This document shows positions 23,261-33,610 of a stretch of 64,000 bases of DNA, piece by piece (the first letter of the stretch is position 1; each line of letters begins with the position of its first letter). Source of the DNA: Selaginella moellendorffii (taxonomy: Eukaryota > Plantae > Lycopodiophyta); contig NW_003314267.1 of NCBI RefSeq assembly GCF_000143415.4, forward strand, positions 2,198,932 to 2,262,931. Reading direction: 5' to 3'. The position numbers and the translations under genes are program-made. The notes under the pieces are model-generated. The model had not been told where the DNA came from, did no database searches, and saw nothing but the letters and a program-made list of their open reading frames with translations.

Positions 23261-23470
23261 CCATCCGTTAGAGCACCAAAAGAATCTTTGTCGAAGAAAC
23301 CTAAAATTCCAAAGCCTTTGCTTGACTCTCCTCTTCTAAACGGCTCGCAATGTTAATGTTCCTTCCTCTCCCGCGCGACACGCCCGTGAGCAGCGTGATC
23401 GGAACCTTGTGGCGTGCATACTCGAAGCAGGGGCTTGAGGAGGACGTACTTGGAAGACACGCTAGCGAGG

Positions 23471-23560
23471 CTAGGGAAAAGGCCCCGAGCAAATTCCCCT
23501 GGAGCTCAAGCACCACTGTGTCAGGCAGAAGGATGCAAGGCCGATTTGAGTGGAGCAAAG
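23471..23560 (+). pseudogene. SBP-box (SPL) gene fragment
   Basis: LGKRPRANSPGAQAPLCQAEGCKADLSGAK matches the start of the SBP zinc finger but stops before the YHRRHKVC motif. Confidence 0.6.
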
Positions 23561-24009
23561 TGTGAATTGCTTTCCAACCGAGGCCTCCTCCCTTTTCATG
23601 CCGTCGGCGAAGTTCCTGGGATTCATCTCCAGCAGCCCATACAGTCGTCTCAGCTGCTCTTGAAACAACCTTGGATCCTGGCCGCTTCCCGGAACAAAAC
23701 TTCCACTTATGTTTTCGAAAGGAAGAACCGCTGCTGCCGCTGCTCCTGGAAAGCCTTGCGATCCATACAGTAGTGGCTGACCGGCCTCTAGAGCTTCTCC
23801 CTGTCCCCCGACTCCTCTCCTGCTGAGAAACGTTGTTAACGCTGCTTCAGAAAACCATAGCTGAGACATCTTTGGTCGTTCTCCAGCGTCATGGACACTA
23901 TATGTACATGCGTCATAGTTGGCAGCAGTGAATTATCAGTGAACATGTTTTGAGCTGCCAACTGCTGATAATTCTCCCCTGCTTCCGACTATAAGGCTTG
24001 ATCCACCAC

Positions 24010-24480
24010 CTTTTTGATGGCATGCCCAAGAGGAGCCTTGTGTCGTGGTTGGCAATGCTAGTGTGTTTGCAAAGAGCGGCTCCCTAGATGACGCAAAAGC
24101 TGTTCGATGTGATGCTGATAGCCATGATCACCGCTTGCGCGGACCGCGACCTGGCCCGGGCCAAGGACGTGTTTGACGGCATGCACAGGCGGATCTGGTG
24201 TGAGCAAACGCCCTCCGTTTGCACGACACAGCGAGGTTGACGAGCCTCCCGGAGCAGGAGATGTTCTCTTGGAATGCCCTCTTAGCCCCACAGCTTGCTC
24301 CACCAGGCCCAGAGACTCTCTGACAGCGTGCCGGATCGAAGCGTGGTCCGCCGGCCATCGCAGCTTGTGCCCGCAGCGGGCATTTTGTACAGGCGCTTGA
24401 CGTTTGAAAGAACCGGATGGAGGGCAAATGGAGCATCAATCGCTGGTAGATCGTGCCTCGTTTTCCTGACAGCCTCGTTC
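24010..24480 (+). pseudogene. Decayed PPR gene fragment
   Basis: Frameshifted PPR-like pieces MPKRSLVSWLAML, AKDVFDGMHRR and EMFSWNALL. Confidence 0.55.
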
Positions 24481-25846
24481 AGACATTGACCTAAGATGCC
24501 CAAACCGAGCATATAGTGGCTTCTCCTTTGGCAAGAGCGTGGAGGAGGAAATTGCGTCTTCGATCCAAACGAATTGCGCCGAGGTTTACAATCCGACACC
24601 TAGCGGATCAATCGCAACTCCATAGCCTTCACATCGACCTCGTCATTGATCGCAACATAGCTGTTGGCCGCCATCCAATGCTGGCGGAAGGATATACTCT
24701 TGTGCGCTATACAAGCATATTCTGACTAACATCCGTCCCTTTGTGGGACTCCTCTGCCGACGGGAAGTAAACGCCGTACCCTGCTGAGAGTCTTTATCGA
24801 AGGAACCATCGGTGAATACATTCCAAGGAGAAGATGCTTTTATTTCATCACGAGTACAGGGTGCCGCCACATAGACGATTTAGGGTTACACTATCCACAT
24901 GCAATCAAGCCAGCTAGAACCCAAGTCCACAAATGGCCACATTTACCCCTTCATAGAGTGTATATGGAGTAGCAAATGGTTGTGAATACTCAGGCAGACA
25001 TGCTCTCAAAATGAACATCTTCGACAAGTTGCATTCAAAACTTGAAATTTTATAATTCACATCATGAATCACATTTTATTGCATTTTTCATCATTATAAG
25101 AGCCTTGTTAAGAGTAACATTTTGTTTTTCTAGGCCATTAGGACAACATAGCCTCCAAGTGTAACCAATCAGTGTATGTAGCTAAATGGAGTATCCTGGC
25201 TAGTTACACGTATAGGCATGGCTTTTTGGGGGGCAATATAATGTTTTGGAAGGGATGCCTTCCAGGAATTTAGGTTATAGGCTGGGAAGAGCAATCTTCC
25301 AACCGCATTGGAGGCAATCTTGATTGAAGAAGTATTGGCTCCTAGAAGCTTGGTAGGGTTGTTCTTTCTCCTCCCTTCCAAAGGCAATGCTCTCAAATAA
25401 TATTTTGATTGTTTCAATTTCTTTATTAACTAAATCCTAAAATTTCCCTTCTGTTATGAGTAAATATATTGTGTATATACTGTAAATAAAAATGAAAACT
25501 TTAGATAAGTATGACAGGAATATGTATTACAAAATTGAAGTCACTATGTTATCACATAACATAGAACTCCAAATAAATATGAAGAATCATATATCCAACT
25601 AAGCTTCCAATTCACAGAACAATGCTATTTCCAATTTATGTGAATGATATATAAAAGAATCTTCAAATAATCACTAGAAGCTGTGGTGAGGGGAGGTGAG
25701 GACTTCCAAAGAGACGAAAGAGCATCTTTAGCTACAACAAGGAGACCTTCTTGGTGAAGAGTGCTTTTATTTTAGTGGTTATTTTATTTTAGTGCTTTTA
25801 TTTTGTTTTTCTATTTTGAACAATTAACTTCCATTTCAAAATCAAA

Positions 25847-27120
25847 TTAAATCCTCAGAGTGTCCAAGAGCCACTGGCGATTAAGTCCCCCAGCTTGCAA
25901 AGCCGTCATATAATCCTTATAAACCATAGGCTTAAACACTGGAGAGCCCTCCACCAATTTGCTCGCTGGGTGCACCAAACTCTCCCAATTTGGCCCAATT
26001 GCCACTGGAATGGACATTCGATCTTCACTGCTATTAACCACAGCCCTGTGCTGGGCACTCTTATACTTGTCATTGCTCAAAATCTGCAAGAGAATAAAAA
26101 GAAAACATTAACTTTGACCAGTCAGTCAATGCTAGTAAACGAGAAAGAGTGAACGCTGACCTGGATCTGGTCGCCCAGATTGACCACGAACGAGTAAGGT
26201 ATGGGCTTCACGGAGTACCACTCGTTACCGTGCATCACCTGGAGACCCTCGACGTGATCTTGGAGCAGCAGCGTGATCGATCCGGGGTCCGAGTGTGGGC
26301 CGATTCCCAGCACCAGATCGGGCTCGGGGCAAGCAGGATAGAAGTTGAGAGCCATGACTTGCGAGCAGCCATTGAATGCCTTGTCGATGTAATCCTTTGG
26401 AAGATCCAAGCTCTCGGAGATGAGCTCCAGGAGGAACTTTGCAAGGTTGCGAACGCGAGTGGAGTAATCGGCAGTAACTTTCCTATAAGATGATCATATA
26501 CCAGCGATGTTAAGAAAGGACGGCGAGAAGGTATTTATACCTGTAAGATGCTGGCTTTTCAGGCCAGAGTTCTTGCATCTCGGCCAGTGGGAGGCAGCTA
26601 TGGCGGAGGTAATCTCTCCAGCTAAAGACCTTGTCTTGTGTGACATTGAAGCTGGTTCCATACCTCATTCGGGATTCTGTGTCTGTGGAGAAGTAGCGCA
26701 TTTTCTCCTCGTTTGCGAGAGCGTGGAATTCGCGAGCCACCGATTGCATTTCATCCACCAAAGAATGGGGAACACCGTGATTGATCACCTGTATGGCGAA
26801 GATCACACAATTCTCGATCAATTCTAGACCCAATGATTGGAACAAAGAGATTTTGGGACATCCAACACCCAGCAAGAGCAATAGCACACCTGGAAGAAGC
26901 CCCATTGCACGCAAGCTTCACGGATTTGCGGGACAAGCGCTGCTCGAGCCTCGCTCGAATTCAAGGCGGCGCCAAGATCCAAGACTGGGAAGCTTTCCTC
27001 GCGATGAACGGCATTTGGGCGCTCCTCTTTGGATTGGATGTAAATGCCGGGCAGCTTGTCCAGGCCCGAATCCACCAGATTCTTCACACCCAAGTGGAGT
27101 GGAAGAACTTCGGTGGCCAT
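25847..27120 (-). CDS. 2OG/Fe(II) dioxygenase, copy 2
   Basis: Same four-exon structure and HxD/H/RxS motifs as copy 1; reading frames appear intact. Confidence 0.9.
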
Positions 27121-27360
27121 TGTTGAGCTCTTCGCAAAGATAAGCTTCCTCTGGTTTTATACTAAAACTTTCTTGGCGAATACGAAAAAATATCTTGGAT
27201 TTTCTAGATTCTAAAAGAGGTTCGGTCATGTGCGGCTGCTAAGAAGGAACTACGAATCTAAAAGTTGGCATAGCAAAATGAACTACCGCTCAGCGGTCCA
27301 GATGGCATCACGAATGGACGGACGTGATTGCTCTATTGATCTCGAGGATATTCCAGGGCC

Positions 27361-27695
27361 ATGCCACGGGCAAAGGCAATGTCGTCTTCCAGGGCGGAGG
27401 CGCCACCGTCGGCGCTCCAGCCCGCGCGGATTCTCTTCTCCGGAATCAAGGTACCCGATCTCTCGCGCCAGTTCCAGCAGCACAATGCCATCCCGTCGCT
27501 GCTCGATCGGATCAATTCGCCGCTGGCAGCTGCCAGATCCTTGCTCCAGCGCGTTCTTCCTCCTAGGGCAGCCACATCCGGCAGGGAGCCACATCCGGCA
27601 GGAGCTGGAAAACTCGGAGATTTTGGCCACTGCTCGACAGGCTCTAAAGTCGTGTAAATCGAATTACGCGCTCACGACGAAAGAGGTCCAAGAGG
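27361..27695 (+). pseudogene. Truncated OEP80 exon 1 copy with internal deletion
   Basis: Near-identical to 50203-50730 but lacks ~50431-50633 and breaks off after EVQE. Confidence 0.85.
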
Positions 27696-27828
27696 TGGTT
27701 CCACGTAGAAAGGTCTGGTGCGATTGTGAAATTGTGAAATATAGTGAGATTATATTTTAATGTAGTGTTGGTACATTAATAACTTTTTCTTTCCCTTTTT
27801 TTGAAAAGGCTTGGTTGAGGAAAATATT

Positions 27829-27902
27829 TGGCCCATGCAGGTTTGGAACCTGCGACCTTGGCGTTATTAGCACCACGCTCTGACCAGCTGAGCTAATAGG
27901 CC
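27829..27902 (-). tRNA. tRNA-Ile(AAT), with T-loop variant TTCCAAA
   Basis: GGCCTATTAGCTCAGCTGGTCAGAGCGTGGTGCTAATAACGCCAAGGTCGCAGGTTCCAAACCTGCATGGGCCA folds as a cloverleaf; a T-run follows. Confidence 0.85.
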
Positions 27903-27959
27903 TTAAACAATCAATGATGATTTTAATTTAATCAAATAAAGAATTTATGAAGCAATGAG

Positions 27960-28033
27960 CGCTCTGGACAGGGTTCGAACCTGTGACTTTCTGGTTACTA
28001 TCCACAGACGCTCTATCCACTAGCTACAAGCGC
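27960..28033 (-). pseudogene. tRNA-like sequence (Arg-like 5' half, aberrant anticodon arm)
   Basis: GCGCTTGTAGCTAGTGGATAGAGCGTCTG-TGGATAGTAAC-CAGAAAGTCACAGGTTCGAACCCTGT; intact T arm/B box, irregular anticodon and acceptor stems. Confidence 0.6.
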
Positions 28034-28494
28034 TTTACAGGTCAACAGATTTTCATTAAGTTCAAATTATGGTACAAGATCTCAAAAATACCTTATGGAG
28101 GAAGCAAAGTCCATGGCCGCTTGGTGCTGCTTAATTTGATGCCCATTAAGTGACCTTCATCCTCAGTTATAATCTCAACATCTCTCATGTCTCTATTGAG
28201 CACACTAGTTAGACATGATATAGCTTCAATTTGCTTAAGTAGAACCCGGAAAACAAACACGCCCTGATAAGAATAGAGAGCTATTGGAATCAAAATATTG
28301 CACCTCTTGAATATCAGTCAAGCTTTGCTCATCAAGTTGGCCTGGTAGAAAGGATGCATTTCTCTATGCTGCATGAAATTGACAAGACCGAGTCCACTTT
28401 TCTTGGAAGCTCTATTGTTGGTTGGAGCTAAGAAGGTAAAGAGGAGTGTTTTAGCTAGTTATGCCTCTAGTTATGGCCTTTTAGGGGACAATAT

Positions 28495-29625
28495 TGTAGC
28501 ACACATAGTTTTCACCCTTAAGATTTACCATAAGATAACCATGAAGTAGAACATAAACCCTCCATATGCCACGTGTTATATGCCACATGCCACATGCCAT
28601 GTGTCCAAAAGACAATGGAGAAGAACCCGAGTTCAAGGGCCTTGGGCCATTGAATGAAGGAACAGTGCTAAACTCTCAAGTATAGAGCCAAGGAGCATTA
28701 GCACTAGAGCATAGAACAATTCCCAAGCATACAACTTAAGAAGCAAAGGGATAAGAGCACAAAGTAACTTGAATCAATCCTAAAGTATCCAACATCCCAA
28801 TGCATGGGCCAACATGCAAAACAAAGCTAAATAAAGTTTGGCACTCTTTCAGCATACTGATAATTTAACGCAAGGATATGAGTACTCCACTAACTAGCAT
28901 GGAATGGAACTTGGGCTTAAACCCAAGCCAGATGCAGAACAAGGACAAGCACACAAGCAAGAGCTAAATTATGCCTCAGATTGGTCAGTTATGCCCACCT
29001 ACCCACTATTCCTACTATGCATTTGGAACCCCCCATATCCCACCCCTCTGAGGAACACATGCTTTGGGCTTTCACCCCAAATTTCCCTTAATACCAGGAG
29101 GTAGTCTCTAAGACAAACTTGAAATTTACTAAATATGGAATGTCCTTAGATTGCAAATTTGGATACGGGACAAACACCATTGTGTTCAGGAGAATCTCTA
29201 CATTCCGTAGATATACCAAATGAGCAAATCTAGATACTTTCCATAAATAGCATTTGGGACCGAAATGAAACTAACACAAAGGGCATGATAGCAAGGGTGT
29301 TTGGCAAACACAATAAGCTATCATTTAGCGATATTGAGGGATTAGTTTCAATATGTGAGGGTTTTTGTCACTAGCCAGTGCAAGACATAACGAGACAGAA
29401 ACTCTTTACTAGGCTAAGTATGCTTAGTTAATAACACGTAGGAATTCTATCCTTATACTCGTCCCATTTAAGTACACTTGAAATGCCCAGTTAACTCCAC
29501 TAACACAAAAGGGACTGATAAAGGGTTCAACAATACCAACCTCCTGCCGTCATGGTAGTAAGGAAAGAATAATCAAAAGGACAACTGATAGGTAACTTTC
29601 GATACCTAAAGTTACATTCACGACA
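28495..29625 (-). mobile_element. Solo LTR, same family as the LTRs of the 33611-40781 element
   Basis: TG...CA ends, AATAT target duplication on both sides, reverse-complement similarity to 39633-40781. Confidence 0.85.
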
Positions 29626-29633
29626 AATATAAT

Positions 29634-31394
29634 TGTAAGTGACTAATTTTTCCATTCTACTTTAGTCACTTAACCACACCTCCGACCACTTGGAGGAGTC
29701 TCATTCACAACCTCCATAAATCCAATTCAGGACTTGGGACTTGCTAGCCCCAAGAATGGCATCCATGCCACTCAACCCTTGCACCTGGTCCAAGTGCTCC
29801 ACATGTCCGATCCTATGACCGACACTCAAAGGTACCACCGACATAGTAGCCTGTTACGCTAAGGCCATGCCCAATCACCTTTGCCGCATTGGTAGTCCAA
29901 TACCACTTGCAACACAGTCTTGTCTCTCCAAGACTGGGCCAACCATCCATGAGTGGTCATCCCAGATCCACTCCTTAGCATCCTTAGGATGCCCACCGAC
30001 AAGGGGAATCGCCTTCCCCAAAGTCCCTTTTCTGGTCCCCACCAAGTCCCTTTCTGCCCACGGCCGTGTTCACCAACACTACCACTGAATCGAGGCCCAC
30101 CGGCCCGACCACTAAGTCCCACGGTCCTCTGGGACTTCCTCACCACACGACTGTGTCCTTGGTCACTACCCCAGAGGACTGCTCCTCTTCCTTTCCACAG
30201 GCTGGGCCTTTGGGACAACATTTCGGAACACCGTGGCCTTACACGAGCCACCTGGGTACTCTCCCCGCCTTTCGCCTTTAGGTGCTCTAGCCATGGGCTT
30301 AGAGCGAGGTTCCGTTGAGCCATATCTGGTATCCAAGTAGGTAGTGCCACCCACACTTGGACTGGGAGCATCGGCTAGTCGATCTCCCGGGGGAACTAGA
30401 GCCGGCTCTTGAACACTTCACCAAGCTACCCCGCTTGTCGGTCCGTATTCACTCTAGTCTTGGACTTCCTAGTGGTCAGTTCATCACCCAACACTGGGTC
30501 TGGCCTTCCTAGGCCAAACTGGCCTTTCCTAGCCAAACTGGCTCCACTGCAGTCCTCCCCCTTACTATACTTTTGGAGCTCACCAAACCCCCTATGGTCT
30601 GGGAGATGAACACTTTGGGCTTTCACCCTCTCAGACTCGGACTCGGACTCGGACTCGGGCTTGGGCTCGGCCTCCGCCTCAGTCTCGGTCTCAGTCCTGG
30701 TCTCGGTCTTGGTCTCGGTCTCAGTCCCGGTCTCGGTTCCGGTCTCGGTCCTGGTCTTGGTCCCGGTCTCAGTCCCGATCTCGGTCTCGACCTTGGACTT
30801 CATCTCGGGTCCTTCTCGGACTCCATCTTGGATTCCATCTCGGGTCCATCTCAGACTCCATCTCGGTCCATCTCGGACTCCATCTCGAACTCCATCTCAG
30901 ACTCCACTTCGGACTCCATCTCGGACTCCACTTCGGACTCCATCTCGGACTCCATCTCGGACTCCACCTCGGACTCCACCTCGGACTCCATCTTGGACTC
31001 CATCTCGGTCCATCTCGGACTCCATCTCGGACTCCACCTCGGACTCCACCTCGGACTCCATCTTGGACTCCAACTCGGGTCCAACTCGGACTTCATCTTG
31101 GACTCCACCTCGGACTCCACCTCGGACTCCATCTCAGACTCCAACTCGGGTCCATCTCGGACACTTCCACGTGTCATGTGTTGGTCCTTTTGGGTCCCTT
31201 TTTGGAGTTTCACTTATTGCTCGCTTCGTGCTTGTTCCTTGAGCAATTTGTTGGGAGTTCCACTCCCACTCTCGACCTTCCAAGTTGGAGCTTTTAGTCC
31301 AAATGTGTTACGCTCGTTTGGCTTTCGCTTCAGCCACTACCACGTGGCACCCTTTCCAGCTCCACTTTGGGGCCTAGGGATTTTGTGTCTCACA
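29634..31394. mobile_element. 1.76-kb solo-LTR-like insertion containing a minisatellite
   Basis: TGTAAG...CTCACA ends, TAAT duplicated, absent from the paralogous site at 46171-46180 (AATATAATGT). Confidence 0.75.
30630..31160. repeat. 6/12-bp minisatellite (TCGGAC, TCGGTC, TCGGACTCCAYC)
   Basis: Visible tandem units with a gradual shift in unit type along the array. Confidence 0.9.
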
Positions 31395-32844
31395 TAATGT
31401 TTTGGAATTTCTTATAATAAAGATGCCTTCTAAGAATTTAGGTTCTAGGTTAGGAAAAGTAGTCTTCTAACCACATTGGAGGCAATCTTTATTGAAGAGG
31501 CATTGGCTCTTAGAAGCTTGGTAGAGCTGTTTTTTCTCCTCCTCCCTTCCAAAGGCAATGCTCTCAAATAATATTTTGACTGTTTTAATTTCTTTATTAA
31601 TTAAATCCTAAAATTTCCCTTCTAATAGCATGTTGTATATTATGTATATTAGAACTCCAAATAAATATGAAGAATTAAATAAGCCCATCCTTCCAACAAA
31701 GCTTCCAATTCACAGAACAATGCTATTTCCAATTTATTTGAATGATAGATAAAAGAATCCTCAAATAATCACTAAAAGCTGTGGTGAGGGGAGGTGAGGA
31801 CTTCCAAGGAGATGAAAGAGCCTCTTTAGCTATAACAAGGAAACCTTCTTGGTGAAGAGTGCTTCCTATTAAACACCATCCTAATTCACTCTCTCTCTGC
31901 TTACCTAGTAGTGATATGGCATGATGCTTTCTTTTTGTTTTTTCCTCTAGCGCACTCCCTCTCCCATCCGTCTCTGCTGCACACTCCTGCCCATGGCTAT
32001 TGCCTGCCCACCCGCTCGCCCTCAACTTGCCCACCCACACATCTGCCTGTGCCCAACGTGCACCCTAATTATTTCCACGTGGCCACAACCCCAACACTTA
32101 GCCAAATTTCAATTAGCATGCTCTGTTCCACGTGGTTAGTTGCCCCATAATTGACCTAAAAAAGTTTCCATTCACGCCTACACCTTGTTCCACATGGTTA
32201 GTTGCCCTATAATTGACCTAAAAACATTTCTGTTTCTTTTATGATCAAGCATGGTGGCAGGATATCAATTTCTAGAGGTAAGCAATCAATTCAACTTCAT
32301 ATTAATTCAAGAAAATCATTCAGGATCCCCTATGGCTTGATGAGGTGTAAGAATTCCATGAAAAGGATTATTTTTATGCAGATGATTTAGATTGGAATTT
32401 ATCTAAATCAAATGAAATTATAGCTTCTATTGTGTATATATTACAGAAGGATGTGAATAGGTTTCTAAATAGTGAGAAGAGAAGGGGTGATGGAGTGGAT
32501 TTTTTGGCAATTTTCCAATAAAAATCATGATCTTGGAGATATAAAATGACCCAAAAACACAAGCTTTTTATCATTAATCAGATATATTTTAACAAAATAT
32601 AATTACTAACTTCTTGACACAGGTATTGGTGTGAATATGGAAAACAAGATGCTTATAAAAAATCCTCTACAATTGCTAAATCTACACCAAAGTCAGGACT
32701 TGGAAGTAGATTGGAAGTAGTAGTAGGTCAAAGTTCTACCCTTGCAATTTTTTTGTCAAACAGTTTTACAAATGGCTTGATTATTTGCAGATCACATATT
32801 ATCATAAAGAGCATTGTGATAAGAATGGGATTCCCTGTCATGGT

Positions 32845-33610
32845 NNNNNNNNNNNNNNNNNNNNNNNNNNNNNNNNNNNNNNNNNNNNNNNNNNNNNNNN
32901 NNNNNNNNNNNNNNNNNNNNNNNNNNNNNNNNNNNNNNNNNNNNNNNNNNNNNNNNNNNNNNNNNNNNNNNNNNNNNNNNNNNNNNNNNNNNNNNNNNNN
33001 NNNNNNNNNNNNNNNNNNNNNNNNNNNNNNNNNNNNNNNNNNNNNNNNNNNNNNNNNNNNNNNNNNNNNNNNNNNNNNNNNNNNNNNNNNNNNNNNNNNN
33101 NNNNNNNNNNNNNNNNNNNNNNNNNNNNNNNNNNNNNNNNNNNNNNNNNNNNNNNNNNNNNNNNNNNNNNNNNNNNNNNNNNNNNNNNNNNNNNNNNNNN
33201 NNNNNNNNNNNNNNNNNNNNNNNNNNNNNNNNNNNNNNNNNNNNNNNNNNNNNNNNNNNNNNNNNNNNNNNNNNNNNNNNNNNNNNNNNNNNNNNNNNNN
33301 NNNNNNNNNNNNNNNNNNNNNNNNNNNNNNNNNNNNNNNNNNNNNNNNNNNNNNNNNNNNNNNNNNNNNNNNNNNNNNNNNNNNNNNNNNNNNNNNNNNN
33401 NNNNNNNNNNNNNNNNNNNNNNNNNNNNNNNNNNNNNNNNNNNNNNNNNNNNNNNNNNNNNNNNNNNNNNNNNNNNNNNNNNNNNNNNNNNNNNNNNNNN
33501 NNNNNNNNNNNNNNNNNNNNNNNNNNNNNNNNNNNNNNNNNNNNNNNNNNNNNNNNNNNNNNNNNNNNNNNNNNNNNNNNNNNNNNNNNNNNNNNNNNNN
33601 NNNNNNNNNN
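32845..33610. other. Assembly gap
   Basis: Run of N. Confidence 1.

Noticed and set aside
28904-29104. Recurrent small ORF MELGLKPKPD (also at 40166 and 45449)
   Set aside because: It lies within the LTR family; recurrence reflects TE copies.
30426-31397. Low-complexity ORFs (ETET, SDS, TPSR repeats)
   Set aside because: They arise from a stop-poor 6/12-bp minisatellite in a TE and are open in several frames.
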